Virus record (IMG/VR): IMGVR_UViG_3300044709_000203
Span: 1 to 35,025 of that record
Reading direction: 5' to 3' (one strand)
From: a virus
Taxonomy: Duplodnaviria > Caudoviricetes
DNA: 35,025 nucleotides
Positions 1 through 7,689 of this stretch are shown one piece after another; positions within the stretch are counted from its first letter, which is position 1, and each line of letters opens with the position of its first letter. A program made the position numbers and the translations under genes. The notes beneath the pieces are model-generated. The model ran no database searches and was not told the DNA's origin. It saw only the letters and a list, made by a program, of their open reading frames with translations.

Positions 1-261
1 GGCGAACAACTGCACGTACTCGAACAGCGCTGCGTCGTCGACGATCGAGAGCGTCCCGGCGTGTTCGAGGCGATCGCACATCCGCTCCCACTCGGCGAGC
101 TCGGCGCCGGCGAGCGGCCGCGGCGGAGTCGGTCGACCCTTCGGTGGCGCCAGCGTTTCGAGGTGAGCGTGGCGATCGGCGCGGTACGTGCCCTCGATCC
201 GGTGCTCTCGTGCCGACTTGGCGTTGTGGCCGCCGGAGCGCTGCCCCTTAACGCCTGCCAT
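1..261 (-). CDS. terS: Terminase small subunit (P27-like), second copy, 3'-truncated by the window edge
   Basis: Not in the ORF track. Manual translation from ATG 261 gives MAGVKGQRSGGHNAKSAREHRIEGTYRADRH...EWERMCDRLEHAGTLSIVDDAALFEYVQLFA, a clear paralog of 15816..16391; it lies downstream of an HNH gene and a cos-like site. Confidence 0.88.
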   Translation of the reverse strand, partial: MAGVKGQRSGGHNAKSAREHRIEGTYRADRHAHLETLAPPKGRPTPPRPLAGAELAEWERMCDRLEHAGTLSIVDDAALFEYVQLFA

Positions 262-285
262 TGGTACAACCCGCTAGAATTTTTT

Positions 286-367
286 TCATTTTGCTGCCAA
301 CGTCCGAATTTGCCTCCCGCGGACTCGCGCGCGGCCACCGGAGGGACTTTTCGACCCCCCTACCCCC
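286..367 (-). other. cos-like packaging initiation site (second element)
   Basis: Minus strand GGGGTAGGGGGGTCGAAAAGTCCC...GCGCGAGTCCGCG...AGGCAAATTCG...CGTTGGCAGCAAAATGAAA between HNH and TerS; matches 16434..16515 block by block. Confidence 0.65.
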
Positions 368-752
368 AATCCTCCGAAACTGGTGCAGGCTGCTGCCTGC
401 TCGTCGTCGGCTCGCGTCCGAATCCACCCTCGGCCGCGATTCCCTTCTTCGCGTTGCATCGCTTGCAGCTCGGTGCCCAGTTGCTCGGGTCCCAGAACAG
501 CGCGCGGTCTCCCTTGTGCGCGCGGCGATGGTCGACGAGCTGTGATGCCGCGCCGCAGTACACACATGTGGGATGCACGCGAAGGAAGTCCTTGGACGTG
601 CGTCGCCATTTCGCATCGTAGAGATGTTGATGTGTTCGCACGAACCGCGCCGCGCGCTCTTTCTTCGAGCAGCTCGCGCAGAATCCGCGGTGTGTTCCGC
701 GGCCTGAACATGCCGGCGTGCGACACGGCCCCTTCGGCGCGAGCGGGCTCAT
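360..752 (-). CDS. HNH endonuclease (terminase-associated, HK97 gp74-like), second copy
   Basis: CVYCG...VDHRRAHKGD...SNWAPSCKRCNAKK motif; N-terminus PLAPKGPCRTPAC resembles 16727..17089. Confidence 0.88.
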   Translation of the reverse strand: MSPLAPKGPCRTPACSGRGTHRGFCASCSKKERAARFVRTHQHLYDAKWRRTSKDFLRVHPTCVYCGAASQLVDHRRAHKGDRALFWDPSNWAPSCKRCNAKKGIAAEGGFGREPTTSRQQPAPVSEDWG

Positions 753-1069
753 CGCGAGAACACTCGAATCAGCGGCGCATGCTCACCGCTCGGGACGCGG
801 TTTCCGACATCGGTCAGACGAAATCGCAAACGGAATGGTGAGCCTGAGACGTAGAAGTCCGAGCTACTCGGATTCAACACCAGCTCGCCGATCTCGCCGT
901 TGGTGAGCGTGAGCTTGCCGCTGCTGTCGAACACGGTCACGCCGTTCGCGTCTTCCAGTACCGCCTGAATTCGCAGTCCGAGAATGTCGAGGCCGAGACC
1001 GTCCGCTTTCAATGTGAACGGCAGCGCGCCGGTCCAGCCTTCAACGATTTCCAGTGGCGCGTGAATCAT
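749..1069 (-). CDS. Small beta-sandwich protein, BppU N-terminal/Ig-like virion-protein-like
   Basis: Pattern G.T.ALPFTLKADG..DILGLRIQAVLED...TNGEIGELVL..SSSDF..SG.FRLRFRLT; coupled by 4-bp overlaps to both neighbours. Confidence 0.5.
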   Translation of the reverse strand: MIHAPLEIVEGWTGALPFTLKADGLGLDILGLRIQAVLEDANGVTVFDSSGKLTLTNGEIGELVLNPSSSDFYVSGSPFRLRFRLTDVGNRVPSGEHAPLIRVFSR

Positions 1070-1344
1070 CTGAGCGTCGCGGTCTCCGGCGTGAGCTGCC
1101 GCGTGAGCTGGATCGTCGTTTCAGATTCGCCGGCCCACTTCCGCGCCAGGCGCTCGACGGCTTCGCGTGTGAATCGGACTGCGCGTAAGCCGGGAATGCG
1201 AACGGGATTCAGAATCCCTTCACGAACCCAGATGAAGATCTGTCGCTCGCTCACGCCGAGAAATGCGGCGACGTCACGTACGCGCAGCATGAACGGCTCG
1301 ACCGCTGGGCGCGGCGCCTGAGCGTCTGATCTACGCCGCGGCAT
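1066..1344 (-). CDS. Excisionase/AlpA-like helix-turn-helix protein
   Basis: MLRVRDVAAFLGVSERQIFIWVREGILNPVRIPG..VRFTREAVE; start re-assigned to ATG 1344. Confidence 0.8.
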   Translation of the reverse strand: MPRRRSDAQAPRPAVEPFMLRVRDVAAFLGVSERQIFIWVREGILNPVRIPGLRAVRFTREAVERLARKWAGESETTIQLTRQLTPETATLR

Positions 1345-1540
1345 CGGTTTTCTCCAACGATGATCGGCGGCGTTCGGCGAGTTGTTGCACGGTCGCGCGT
1401 TCGAAGATGCGCCAGCCGCTCGCTGTGCGAAATGCCAACGGCAGCGCGCCGCGACTCTCCATCTCGCGCACGCCATTGGGCGTGATGTCGAGCAGCTTCG
1501 CGGCTTCCGATACGGTGAGGAATCTCGAGTTCTGATCCAT
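1331..1540 (-). CDS. MerR/excisionase-like HTH DNA-binding protein
   Basis: FLTVSEAAKLLDITPNGVREMESRGALP..RTASGWRIFERATV; purine-rich RBS (GAAGGGA) upstream. Confidence 0.82.
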   Translation of the reverse strand: MDQNSRFLTVSEAAKLLDITPNGVREMESRGALPLAFRTASGWRIFERATVQQLAERRRSSLEKTDAAA

Positions 1541-1585
1541 TCCCTTCGTTCCTTTGTTGTTTTACGCGCGCGGGGGAAAGGCGGG

Positions 1586-1677
1586 AAAAAAACAAAAGGC
1601 CCGTCCCCCCGCGCGTTTGGGCCTCTGCGCGGTGAACGGGCCTCTTCCGATCTGCTGACTCAGAGAGTAACTGGTGT
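1586..1677 (-). promoter_or_regulatory. Structured leader / terminator-like hairpin with GAGGCCC motifs (copy A)
   Basis: Minus strand ACACCAGT...CAGATCGGAAGAGGCCCGT...GCGCAGAGGCCCAAACGCGC...ACGGGCCTTTTGTTTTTTT; stem plus U-run, homologous to 11610..11699. Confidence 0.6.
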
Positions 1678-1755
1678 ACCTACCAAAGATCAATCAGCAG
1701 TTTTTCCCGCGCTCCACTTTCCGTGACGATCTGTGAATCGCGTTTCGCCGCCGTT

Positions 1756-1886
1756 TTTGTGACCAACTTTGTGACCATTGTGTCCTCAGCGTCGTTCAGA
1801 TCGATGCGTGTTCATGCGGTCCGACTGAGTTTCCACGTCGAACGCCTGATCGGAACCTATCGTGTTGATTCTCTTCACGTTTAGGT
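1756..1886. mobile_element. Putative attachment-site junction (arm-type direct repeats plus dif/core-like imperfect palindrome)
   Basis: TTTGTGACCA at 1756-1765 and 1768-1777 (degenerate third copy at 1778-1785); imperfect inverted repeat ACCTATCGTGTTGA-TTC-TCTTCACGTTTAGGT at 1855-1886, 15 bp from the stop of the LamG gene. Confidence 0.45.
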
Positions 1887-1901
1887 CTCGCTGCGTCGCG
1901 T

Positions 1902-3872
1902 TCATCCTGAGAACTCCACGGTGCGCAGGATCCCCGCCGCGAGCGGCGCCGATGCGGTCCGTAACGCGTAATGGGCGGCCACGCGCGCCCCGGGCAGCGC
2001 GGCGGCGTACAAGGCGACCTCATCGATCCGGCCATTAAAGCCTGATCCCGCGACCTGTGAATAACGACCGATCACGAAACGATCCAGTGTGCCGACCAGA
2101 TCGACCGCGCCGCTGAGCCCTGCCAGCGTCCCCACCTGCACACCATTGACGTAGGCGATGATCGTGGCACCGTCGTAGGTGACCACCACGTGATGCCAGG
2201 CGCCGGCGACGACCGCATTCGGCGCGGATGTCAGCTGCTGCTGACTGCCGCCAATCTGCAGTGAGACCGAGAGCGCGCCAGTCGGCAGCACGCTGACCCA
2301 GTTGTGCGATTGAAACGCGGTGGCGATGAGCGTGCTTTGAGTCGGTTGCGCAAGCGTCGCAGGATTTCCCCAGGCTTCGAGCGTCACCGCACTGCTGACA
2401 GAGCCGCCGACCGGGTTGAAGATCACGGTGATGCGTGTGGTATCCGCTCCGTCGAACAGCATCGACGTCGTGCCATCCGCCAACGCGCCAGGCTGGCCGA
2501 GTGTGATGCCCGTCGCGAAGAGTGAGCCATCATGACCGCCACCGCCGATGTCCTTGGCGATGAGGCCCGTCAGCTCGTTCAGGCGCCAATAGGCCGTCGG
2601 ACCATCCGCCAGGATCGCTGCTTGATAAGCGTCAACCGTGGTCGCGACGACGAGCGTGCGCGTGACGCCGCGACTCATGACCGTGCGGAGCACGCCATCG
2701 ACGACCGTTCGCGCCGGTCCAGTCGCCACCGTCGCGCGCACCGGCGCGCGCGACGTCACCGTCGCGACGATGATGTTGGCCGGGAGCTCGGCGCCGCCTA
2801 TGACGCGCGGCGCCGGCGCGATGAGGGCGACGGTGCTCGGTTGAGTCCCACCGGACGCGCTGTCGATGGCGACCGACCCTGGGACGAGGGTCGCTGTGGG
2901 TGCCGATACCGCGACCGTCTGCGCGCCCGCGTTCAGGCGCGTCTCGCTCAGCCGAATCGCCGTCGGCGCGGTGATCGTGACGACGTTCGCGCCAGCCGCT
3001 CGTGTGACGGCGGTGACGGTGCGCGTCGCCACCGGCGCCGTGACGGCGATCGTCTGCGTCCCAGCCGGCAGGGCGGCCGTCGCGATCCGTGTCGCCGTCG
3101 GCGCGGTGATGACGACGAGGTTCGTGCCAGCGGCCAGCGTCTTCAGAGCCAGCCGGACGGCCGGCGGCGCCGAGATCGCGACCGTCTGGATTCCAGCCGC
3201 CCGCGTGACGGCGCCGCTGACGACGGTCGGCGCCGGCGCGGCGAGGGCAATCGTCTGGACGCCGGCGGCGAGGGTCGACGCCTGGCTGATTCCCGCTGGC
3301 GGCGCTTTGATCGCAATCGTGTTCGCGGCAGCGGTCAGGGTTCGGACGCCCGCCGCGGCCGACGCGCTCGGTGCGGTGATCGCAATCGTCGTCGCACCAG
3401 CCGGCACCTGCGCCGCACCAGCGCTCAGCGACGCCGTGGGCGCCGTGATCGCGATCGCGCTGGTGGACGCCGAAAGGACCTTGCCGGTACGGATGGCCGC
3501 CGTCGGCGCCGTGATGGCGAGCGTCGTCGTCCCAGCCGGCAGCGATCGCGCGCCAGGCGTCAGCGTGGCGGGTGGCGCGGTGATGGCGATCGTCGTCGCG
3601 CCCGCGCTCAGCGCTCGAGCACCGGGTGCGAGCGTGGCCGTCGGCGCCGTCAGCGCGATCGTGTTGGCGCCGGCGGCAATCGTGACGGCGCCGGCGCTGC
3701 GTTGCGCCGTCGGCGCCGCGATCGCAATCGATTGTGATCCCCCGCCAAGCAGGACCGCGCCAGCGAGCAGCGCCGCAACAGGCGCCGAGATCGCGAGTCG
3801 AGCCGGTCCGGCCGAGACCTGCTGGCTGGAGGTGCCGGCGTAGTCGTAGTAGATCGGAAAAATGAGGCGCAT
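1902..3872 (-). CDS. Ala/Thr-rich repeat protein with C-terminal LamG/concanavalin-A-like domain (fibre/adhesin-like)
   Basis: About a dozen ~25-aa repeats (L.AG..TIAITAP.A); C-terminal AYWRLNE..G...SMLFDG...WHHVVVTYDG...YVNG...FNGRIDEVALY LamG signature. Confidence 0.82.
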   Translation of the reverse strand: MRLIFPIYYDYAGTSSQQVSAGPARLAISAPVAALLAGAVLLGGGSQSIAIAAPTAQRSAGAVTIAAGANTIALTAPTATLAPGARALSAGATTIAITAPPATLTPGARSLPAGTTTLAITAPTAAIRTGKVLSASTSAIAITAPTASLSAGAAQVPAGATTIAITAPSASAAAGVRTLTAAANTIAIKAPPAGISQASTLAAGVQTIALAAPAPTVVSGAVTRAAGIQTVAISAPPAVRLALKTLAAGTNLVVITAPTATRIATAALPAGTQTIAVTAPVATRTVTAVTRAAGANVVTITAPTAIRLSETRLNAGAQTVAVSAPTATLVPGSVAIDSASGGTQPSTVALIAPAPRVIGGAELPANIIVATVTSRAPVRATVATGPARTVVDGVLRTVMSRGVTRTLVVATTVDAYQAAILADGPTAYWRLNELTGLIAKDIGGGGHDGSLFATGITLGQPGALADGTTSMLFDGADTTRITVIFNPVGGSVSSAVTLEAWGNPATLAQPTQSTLIATAFQSHNWVSVLPTGALSVSLQIGGSQQQLTSAPNAVVAGAWHHVVVTYDGATIIAYVNGVQVGTLAGLSGAVDLVGTLDRFVIGRYSQVAGSGFNGRIDEVALYAAALPGARVAAHYALRTASAPLAAGILRTVEFSG

Positions 3873-3875
3873 GTC

Positions 3876-4631
3876 TTATCGCCTCGCGTGAGTCCCGACG
3901 CCCAGCAAGGTCCGCATCGGCGTGGCTGCGCCGCCGGCGGGCGCGAAGCTCTGCACGCGGTCGGCCCACGTATCGCTCGCTTCCGTGAAGGTGGCGTTCT
4001 GCGCCGAGCTGCTCGTGCCCGTCGTCAGGTCTTCAGTGAACAAGTCCTGAAAGCTCGTGTTATCCGTCTGCGTCGACCGCGTCTCGAACTGCCAGCCCGA
4101 GCCGGCCGTGACTGCATTCGTCGATTCGTTCGTCATCGCGCCGATGAAAAACGAATTGGCCGCGGGCGCCGGCGTGCTGGTGCCGCTCGCGGGATTGGCG
4201 CCCGTATTGGTCGCCGCGATCGAATCGCCGTTGTAGCTCGTCGTCGCGGCGCCCGACAGCGCCCACGCGATCGCCGTGCAGCCGTTGCCGCTCGCATGGC
4301 CCGTCACGACGAAGCTGGCCCCACCGGTCACGTTCTCGGATCGGTACACGGCGAGCTTGGCGTTGTTCGCGGTCGTCGTCGTGGTGCCGATCTGCGTATA
4401 GGTATTGGACTGCGTGTCGGTCGGCGCCGAGATGGTGATGCCCAGGCCGAAGGTCGACACGCCGACGACGATGGTGTCGCCCGTCACGGGCGAGGTCACG
4501 AACGTTCCGGTCGCGCAGCTCGTGGTCGGTGCACCGCTCGTGTGGCCCTCGGCGATTTCGCGTTTGGCGATCGCCGCCTCCACCGACGTGGCCAGACAGA
4601 CCAGCAGCAGCGCCAGACTAAAACGTCGCAC
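3876..4631 (-). CDS. Secreted Thr/Ser/Gly-rich beta-strand protein
   Basis: Sec-type signal MRRFSLALLLVCLATSVEA; G(D)TIVVGV...DTQSNTYTQ pattern; Cys pair. Confidence 0.7.
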   Translation of the reverse strand: MRRFSLALLLVCLATSVEAAIAKREIAEGHTSGAPTTSCATGTFVTSPVTGDTIVVGVSTFGLGITISAPTDTQSNTYTQIGTTTTTANNAKLAVYRSENVTGGASFVVTGHASGNGCTAIAWALSGAATTSYNGDSIAATNTGANPASGTSTPAPAANSFFIGAMTNESTNAVTAGSGWQFETRSTQTDNTSFQDLFTEDLTTGTSSSAQNATFTEASDTWADRVQSFAPAGGAATPMRTLLGVGTHARR

Positions 4632-5103
4632 TGATCCCCCAGGAGAATGACTGATTCACGACGAACGATCCGCGCAAGTCCATCGACTCCCCGCCCCAGC
4701 GCGTGCCGAACTTGATCAGCCCCGTGCCATCTTTCGTCGTGCTGTTACTCGTGAAGTGATCATTTGGGTCGCTCGGGTCGTTGCCCAAGAGGAACCCCCA
4801 GGTCGCGCCGCCATCGAGCGAGCGTTCAACCAGCACGCGCATCGTCAATCCCGGCGTCGTCGGCCACACGGACGACTCGATCGTAAAGTTGATGTTCCCG
4901 TTGTTCGCGGGCGTCCCGGCGTTGATGTGGACCGGCGTGGGACCACAGAACGAACAGCCACCGACCGTGGGATCGCCGACGTGGCCGAACGCGATCGATG
5001 TGTGAGCCGCCTCGGGAACCAGCGTGACGGTCGTCGCCGAGAGCGGGACCACCAGCGCGAGCACGAAGACGATCGCGAGCAGTCGACGCAGCTTCATGGC
5101 CAC
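4618..5103 (-). CDS. Secreted hypothetical protein
   Basis: Signal peptide MKLRRLLAIVFVLALVVPLSA; Asp-box-like RSLDGGATW; GAGG RBS. Confidence 0.7.
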   Translation of the reverse strand: MAMKLRRLLAIVFVLALVVPLSATTVTLVPEAAHTSIAFGHVGDPTVGGCSFCGPTPVHINAGTPANNGNINFTIESSVWPTTPGLTMRVLVERSLDGGATWGFLLGNDPSDPNDHFTSNSTTKDGTGLIKFGTRWGGESMDLRGSFVVNQSFSWGISATF

Positions 5104-5109
5104 CTCACC

Positions 5110-5598
5110 TTACGGAGCTTGGTAATAGCTCGCCGACCACGTCCACGCGGTGTTCGTCGCGGCCGCGGGCGACACGAACGTGGTCGCGGTGCCGGGCGAC
5201 GCGCTCTTGACGCAGCCGGTGTTGGCGATCCCCCAGCCTTCGATGACGTCCAGGTTGCCGTTGACCGTCGCGGCGAACGACAACTTCAGCGCAAAGCTAT
5301 TGAAATTGGTGCTGCTGGTCGTGACGTTCGTGTTGACCGACGCCGTCCCGTTCTGACTGCCGTTCAGATGCAACGAGCAGACGTAGTTGTAGAAGTTCGG
5401 CGCCGGCGCCGGGATCGTGAGCGTGACCTGGTTGTTCACCGCCGCGGTCGCGGAGATGGGCACCAGCGGGAACTGCGTCTGTAACACGACCGGTTGCGCC
5501 GACGTGGTCGACTGATACGCCGATTGCGCGTAGACCAAGCTCCCCACCATGAGCGTGGTCACGACAGCGGCGAAGACGAAGCGTTTGATCACGGACAT
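5110..5598 (-). CDS. Secreted Ser/Thr-rich protein, paralog 1
   Basis: Start at ATG 5598 with AGGAGG RBS; signal MSVIKRFVFAAVVTTLMVGSLVYA; mature part QSAYQSTTSAQPVV...YYQAP is nearly colinear with 5610..6098. Confidence 0.78.
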   Translation of the reverse strand: MSVIKRFVFAAVVTTLMVGSLVYAQSAYQSTTSAQPVVLQTQFPLVPISATAAVNNQVTLTIPAPAPNFYNYVCSLHLNGSQNGTASVNTNVTTSSTNFNSFALKLSFAATVNGNLDVIEGWGIANTGCVKSASPGTATTFVSPAAATNTAWTWSASYYQAP

Positions 5599-5609
5599 TG
5601 GCGGTCCTC

Positions 5610-6098
5610 CTACGGAGCCTGGTAATACGTGGCGTCCCACTCGAATTGCATGTTGGCGGTGCCGGTCGGCGACACGAACGTGGTCGCGGTGCCGGCCGCT
5701 GCGCTTCGGGCGCACCCCACGTTGGCGATGCCCCACGCGTCGAACCAGTCATAGTTCTGGTTCGCGACGTTGTTCAGCGAGAACTTCAGGGCCCAACTGT
5801 TGAAATTCGTCGACGTGGTCACGCCGTTTGAGAGCGCCGTCGTCGCGGTGTTGTCGTGCGAGGCGTTGAAGTGGATCGTGCAGACATAGTTGTAGAACGT
5901 CGGCGGCGGCGTCGGAATGGTCAACGTCACCTGCGTGCTCGCGCCACCGGTCGCGCTGACCGCAATCAGCGCGTACTGCGTTTGAATGACCACGGGCTGG
6001 GCCGAGGTCGTCGTCTGGTACGCGGACTGCGCCGCGAGATGCGGCGGCGTCAGGATGGCAAGCGCCAGCAGCGCGACCGCGAGAGCGAGGTTTCTCAT
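5610..6098 (-). CDS. Secreted Ser/Thr-rich protein, paralog 2
   Basis: Signal MRNLALAVALLALAILTPPHLAA; QSAYQTTTSAQPVV...FYNYVC...GC...ATTFVSP...YYQAP; GGAG RBS. Confidence 0.78.
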   Translation of the reverse strand: MRNLALAVALLALAILTPPHLAAQSAYQTTTSAQPVVIQTQYALIAVSATGGASTQVTLTIPTPPPTFYNYVCTIHFNASHDNTATTALSNGVTTSTNFNSWALKFSLNNVANQNYDWFDAWGIANVGCARSAAAGTATTFVSPTGTANMQFEWDATYYQAP

Positions 6099-6119
6099 GA
6101 CTGCGTCTTCTCCTCCGTG

Positions 6120-6791
6120 TTACGGCTTGCCGTAGGCGTACACGATGTTTCCCGACAGGCGCTGCGACCCGTTCTGCGCGAGGCAGAGGTCATCGCCGAC
6201 TTTCGTGGTGACCATGATCGAGCCGTAACCGACGCCCTGCGCGAAGCCGCCGTTGGCCGCGTACGACTCACCATTCGCCGCGGTCGTCGAGCCGCTGACC
6301 GCGAGCGTCCCGGTGCCGCACGTCGCGCCTGTACCTTCGATGAACGACGGAATTTCCGCCGCGGCCGCCACGACGCGCGCAGCACAGACGAAGATGCGCT
6401 CACCCGGATGGGCGACGACCAGGCGCGTCGACGCGGTCTGCGAGATCGCGACGTTGCCCTTGTCGCTGCCGAGGCACGGATCCAGCGGTCGCTCAGAGAC
6501 CGGGAAGACCTTGAGCGCGTCGCCGACCTGGCCGACGGGCCGACCGAACGTGCCGCTGACGGGTCGTCGCACCGCCGCACTCGCGACAAGCGAGGCCTCC
6601 AGCGATTTCAGTTCATTGAGAATGCCGCCGAGCAGCGCATCGTCCGGCGCGATCCGCACGATGGTTTGCGCCGGCGCGGTCGTGCGCTGCGCAAACACCG
6701 GCCGTGCGAGGTCGGCCGCACAGATCGCCACGAACGCGGCCGCCATGAGCACGCCGACGACTCGAATCCGCGGACTTGTGTGTTCAGACAT
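6120..6791 (-). CDS. Secreted hypothetical protein with Cys-containing beta-sandwich
   Basis: Hydrophobic N-terminus ending VFA|Q; IFVCAARV...ATCGTG...DDLCL. Confidence 0.68.
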   Translation of the reverse strand: MSEHTSPRIRVVGVLMAAAFVAICAADLARPVFAQRTTAPAQTIVRIAPDDALLGGILNELKSLEASLVASAAVRRPVSGTFGRPVGQVGDALKVFPVSERPLDPCLGSDKGNVAISQTASTRLVVAHPGERIFVCAARVVAAAAEIPSFIEGTGATCGTGTLAVSGSTTAANGESYAANGGFAQGVGYGSIMVTTKVGDDLCLAQNGSQRLSGNIVYAYGKP

Positions 6792-7104
6792 AGCCCCACA
6801 GCTTTCCCGTCACCGTCTGCTTCGTGCACGACCACTTCAACCCGACGATCGGCATGAACGGCCATTCCGGCGGCGGCCGGAGAATGTCGTGCGCCGGGAT
6901 CAGGAGATCCGGCAGCACCGCTTTGTCGGACCCGTCCGTGAGCAACACATACGCGTCGTCGTCGCCTTCGTTGGCGAAACTGCCGCCCATCAGCCAGAAC
7001 GTCGACACGCTGTCGGCGTTCGGCGGATTGGTCGGCGCCGCCGGCACCGTCGTAAAGCCGGAGTCGAACGACGGCGCCGCGGCGCTGCTGAATGGCCAGC
7101 CCAT
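6784..7104 (-). CDS. Small beta-rich hypothetical (decoration/spike-like)
   Basis: Overlaps the next gene; GC3-biased codons; alternating beta pattern. Confidence 0.6.
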   Translation of the reverse strand: MGWPFSSAAAPSFDSGFTTVPAAPTNPPNADSVSTFWLMGGSFANEGDDDAYVLLTDGSDKAVLPDLLIPAHDILRPPPEWPFMPIVGLKWSCTKQTVTGKLWGYV

Positions 7105-7113
7105 CGCGCCTGC

Positions 7114-7596
7114 TTACGACGTCGTCCCGAGTTTCAGCGCGCCGCCGGCCGACGTCGACGCCCACTGAATCGTGATGTCGCCGCCGTTGGTCGGCGTGTC
7201 CGTCACGTCATAGAACGCGATGAGGTCCTGGCCGCTGTCGCCCGTCGTCGCGGCCGCCGTCGTCGGCGCCGAGCTCGAGTAGCGATAGAGGACCGCGCCG
7301 CCGACGGTGCCGCCCGCGGCCAGCGCGGCGAACGTCACATCGTTGGCATCGAGCCCCGCGAAGTCGTTGCCGTCATCCTCGAAGAGCGCGACGCCGGCGA
7401 GCGATTGCCGCGCGTAGCTCCCGACGCTCAACTCGTAGGTGAACGGATCGCTGGTGCTGCTCGTGCCGTCCTTCACGGTGTTCTGATCGGGATCAAACAC
7501 GTACTGCGTGGTGACCAGCATGAGCCGCAACGCCAGGCCGGACAGATCGAACTTGCCGGCGACGTACTTTCCGCGGTTGTACACTCCGTTCGCCAT
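7114..7596 (-). CDS. Phage minor structural (tail-fibre-base-like) protein
   Basis: MANGVYNRGK...LRLMLVT...YELSVGSYARQSL...LDANDVTF...LIAFYD...TNGGDITIQW pattern, common in phage structural modules. Confidence 0.65.
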   Translation of the reverse strand: MANGVYNRGKYVAGKFDLSGLALRLMLVTTQYVFDPDQNTVKDGTSSTSDPFTYELSVGSYARQSLAGVALFEDDGNDFAGLDANDVTFAALAAGGTVGGAVLYRYSSSAPTTAAATTGDSGQDLIAFYDVTDTPTNGGDITIQWASTSAGGALKLGTTS

Positions 7597-7689
7597 GACC
7601 TATGCCCCTTCGTCAGCGCACGGACCGCAGTCCGTGCGGCCGCATGGCCGTTTCCGTCGGCCGAATGACGGCGTACTCGTGAACGTCGT

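Larger units (their letters stand above)
1..1886 (-). mobile_element. Putative phage satellite or second phage-related element (partial)
   Basis: att-like junction followed by HTH, HTH, Ig-like, HNH, cos and TerS. Confidence 0.55.

Noticed and set aside
1-752. Terminal redundancy or circular overlap of the same genome
   Set aside because: The HNH, cos and TerS copies are diverged paralogs, not identical repeats.
1680-1900. tRNA at the att-like junction
   Set aside because: No cloverleaf or T-loop consensus could be found by eye.
1902-3872. Diversity-generating retroelement target
   Set aside because: No reverse transcriptase and no adenine-variable TR/VR pair seen.
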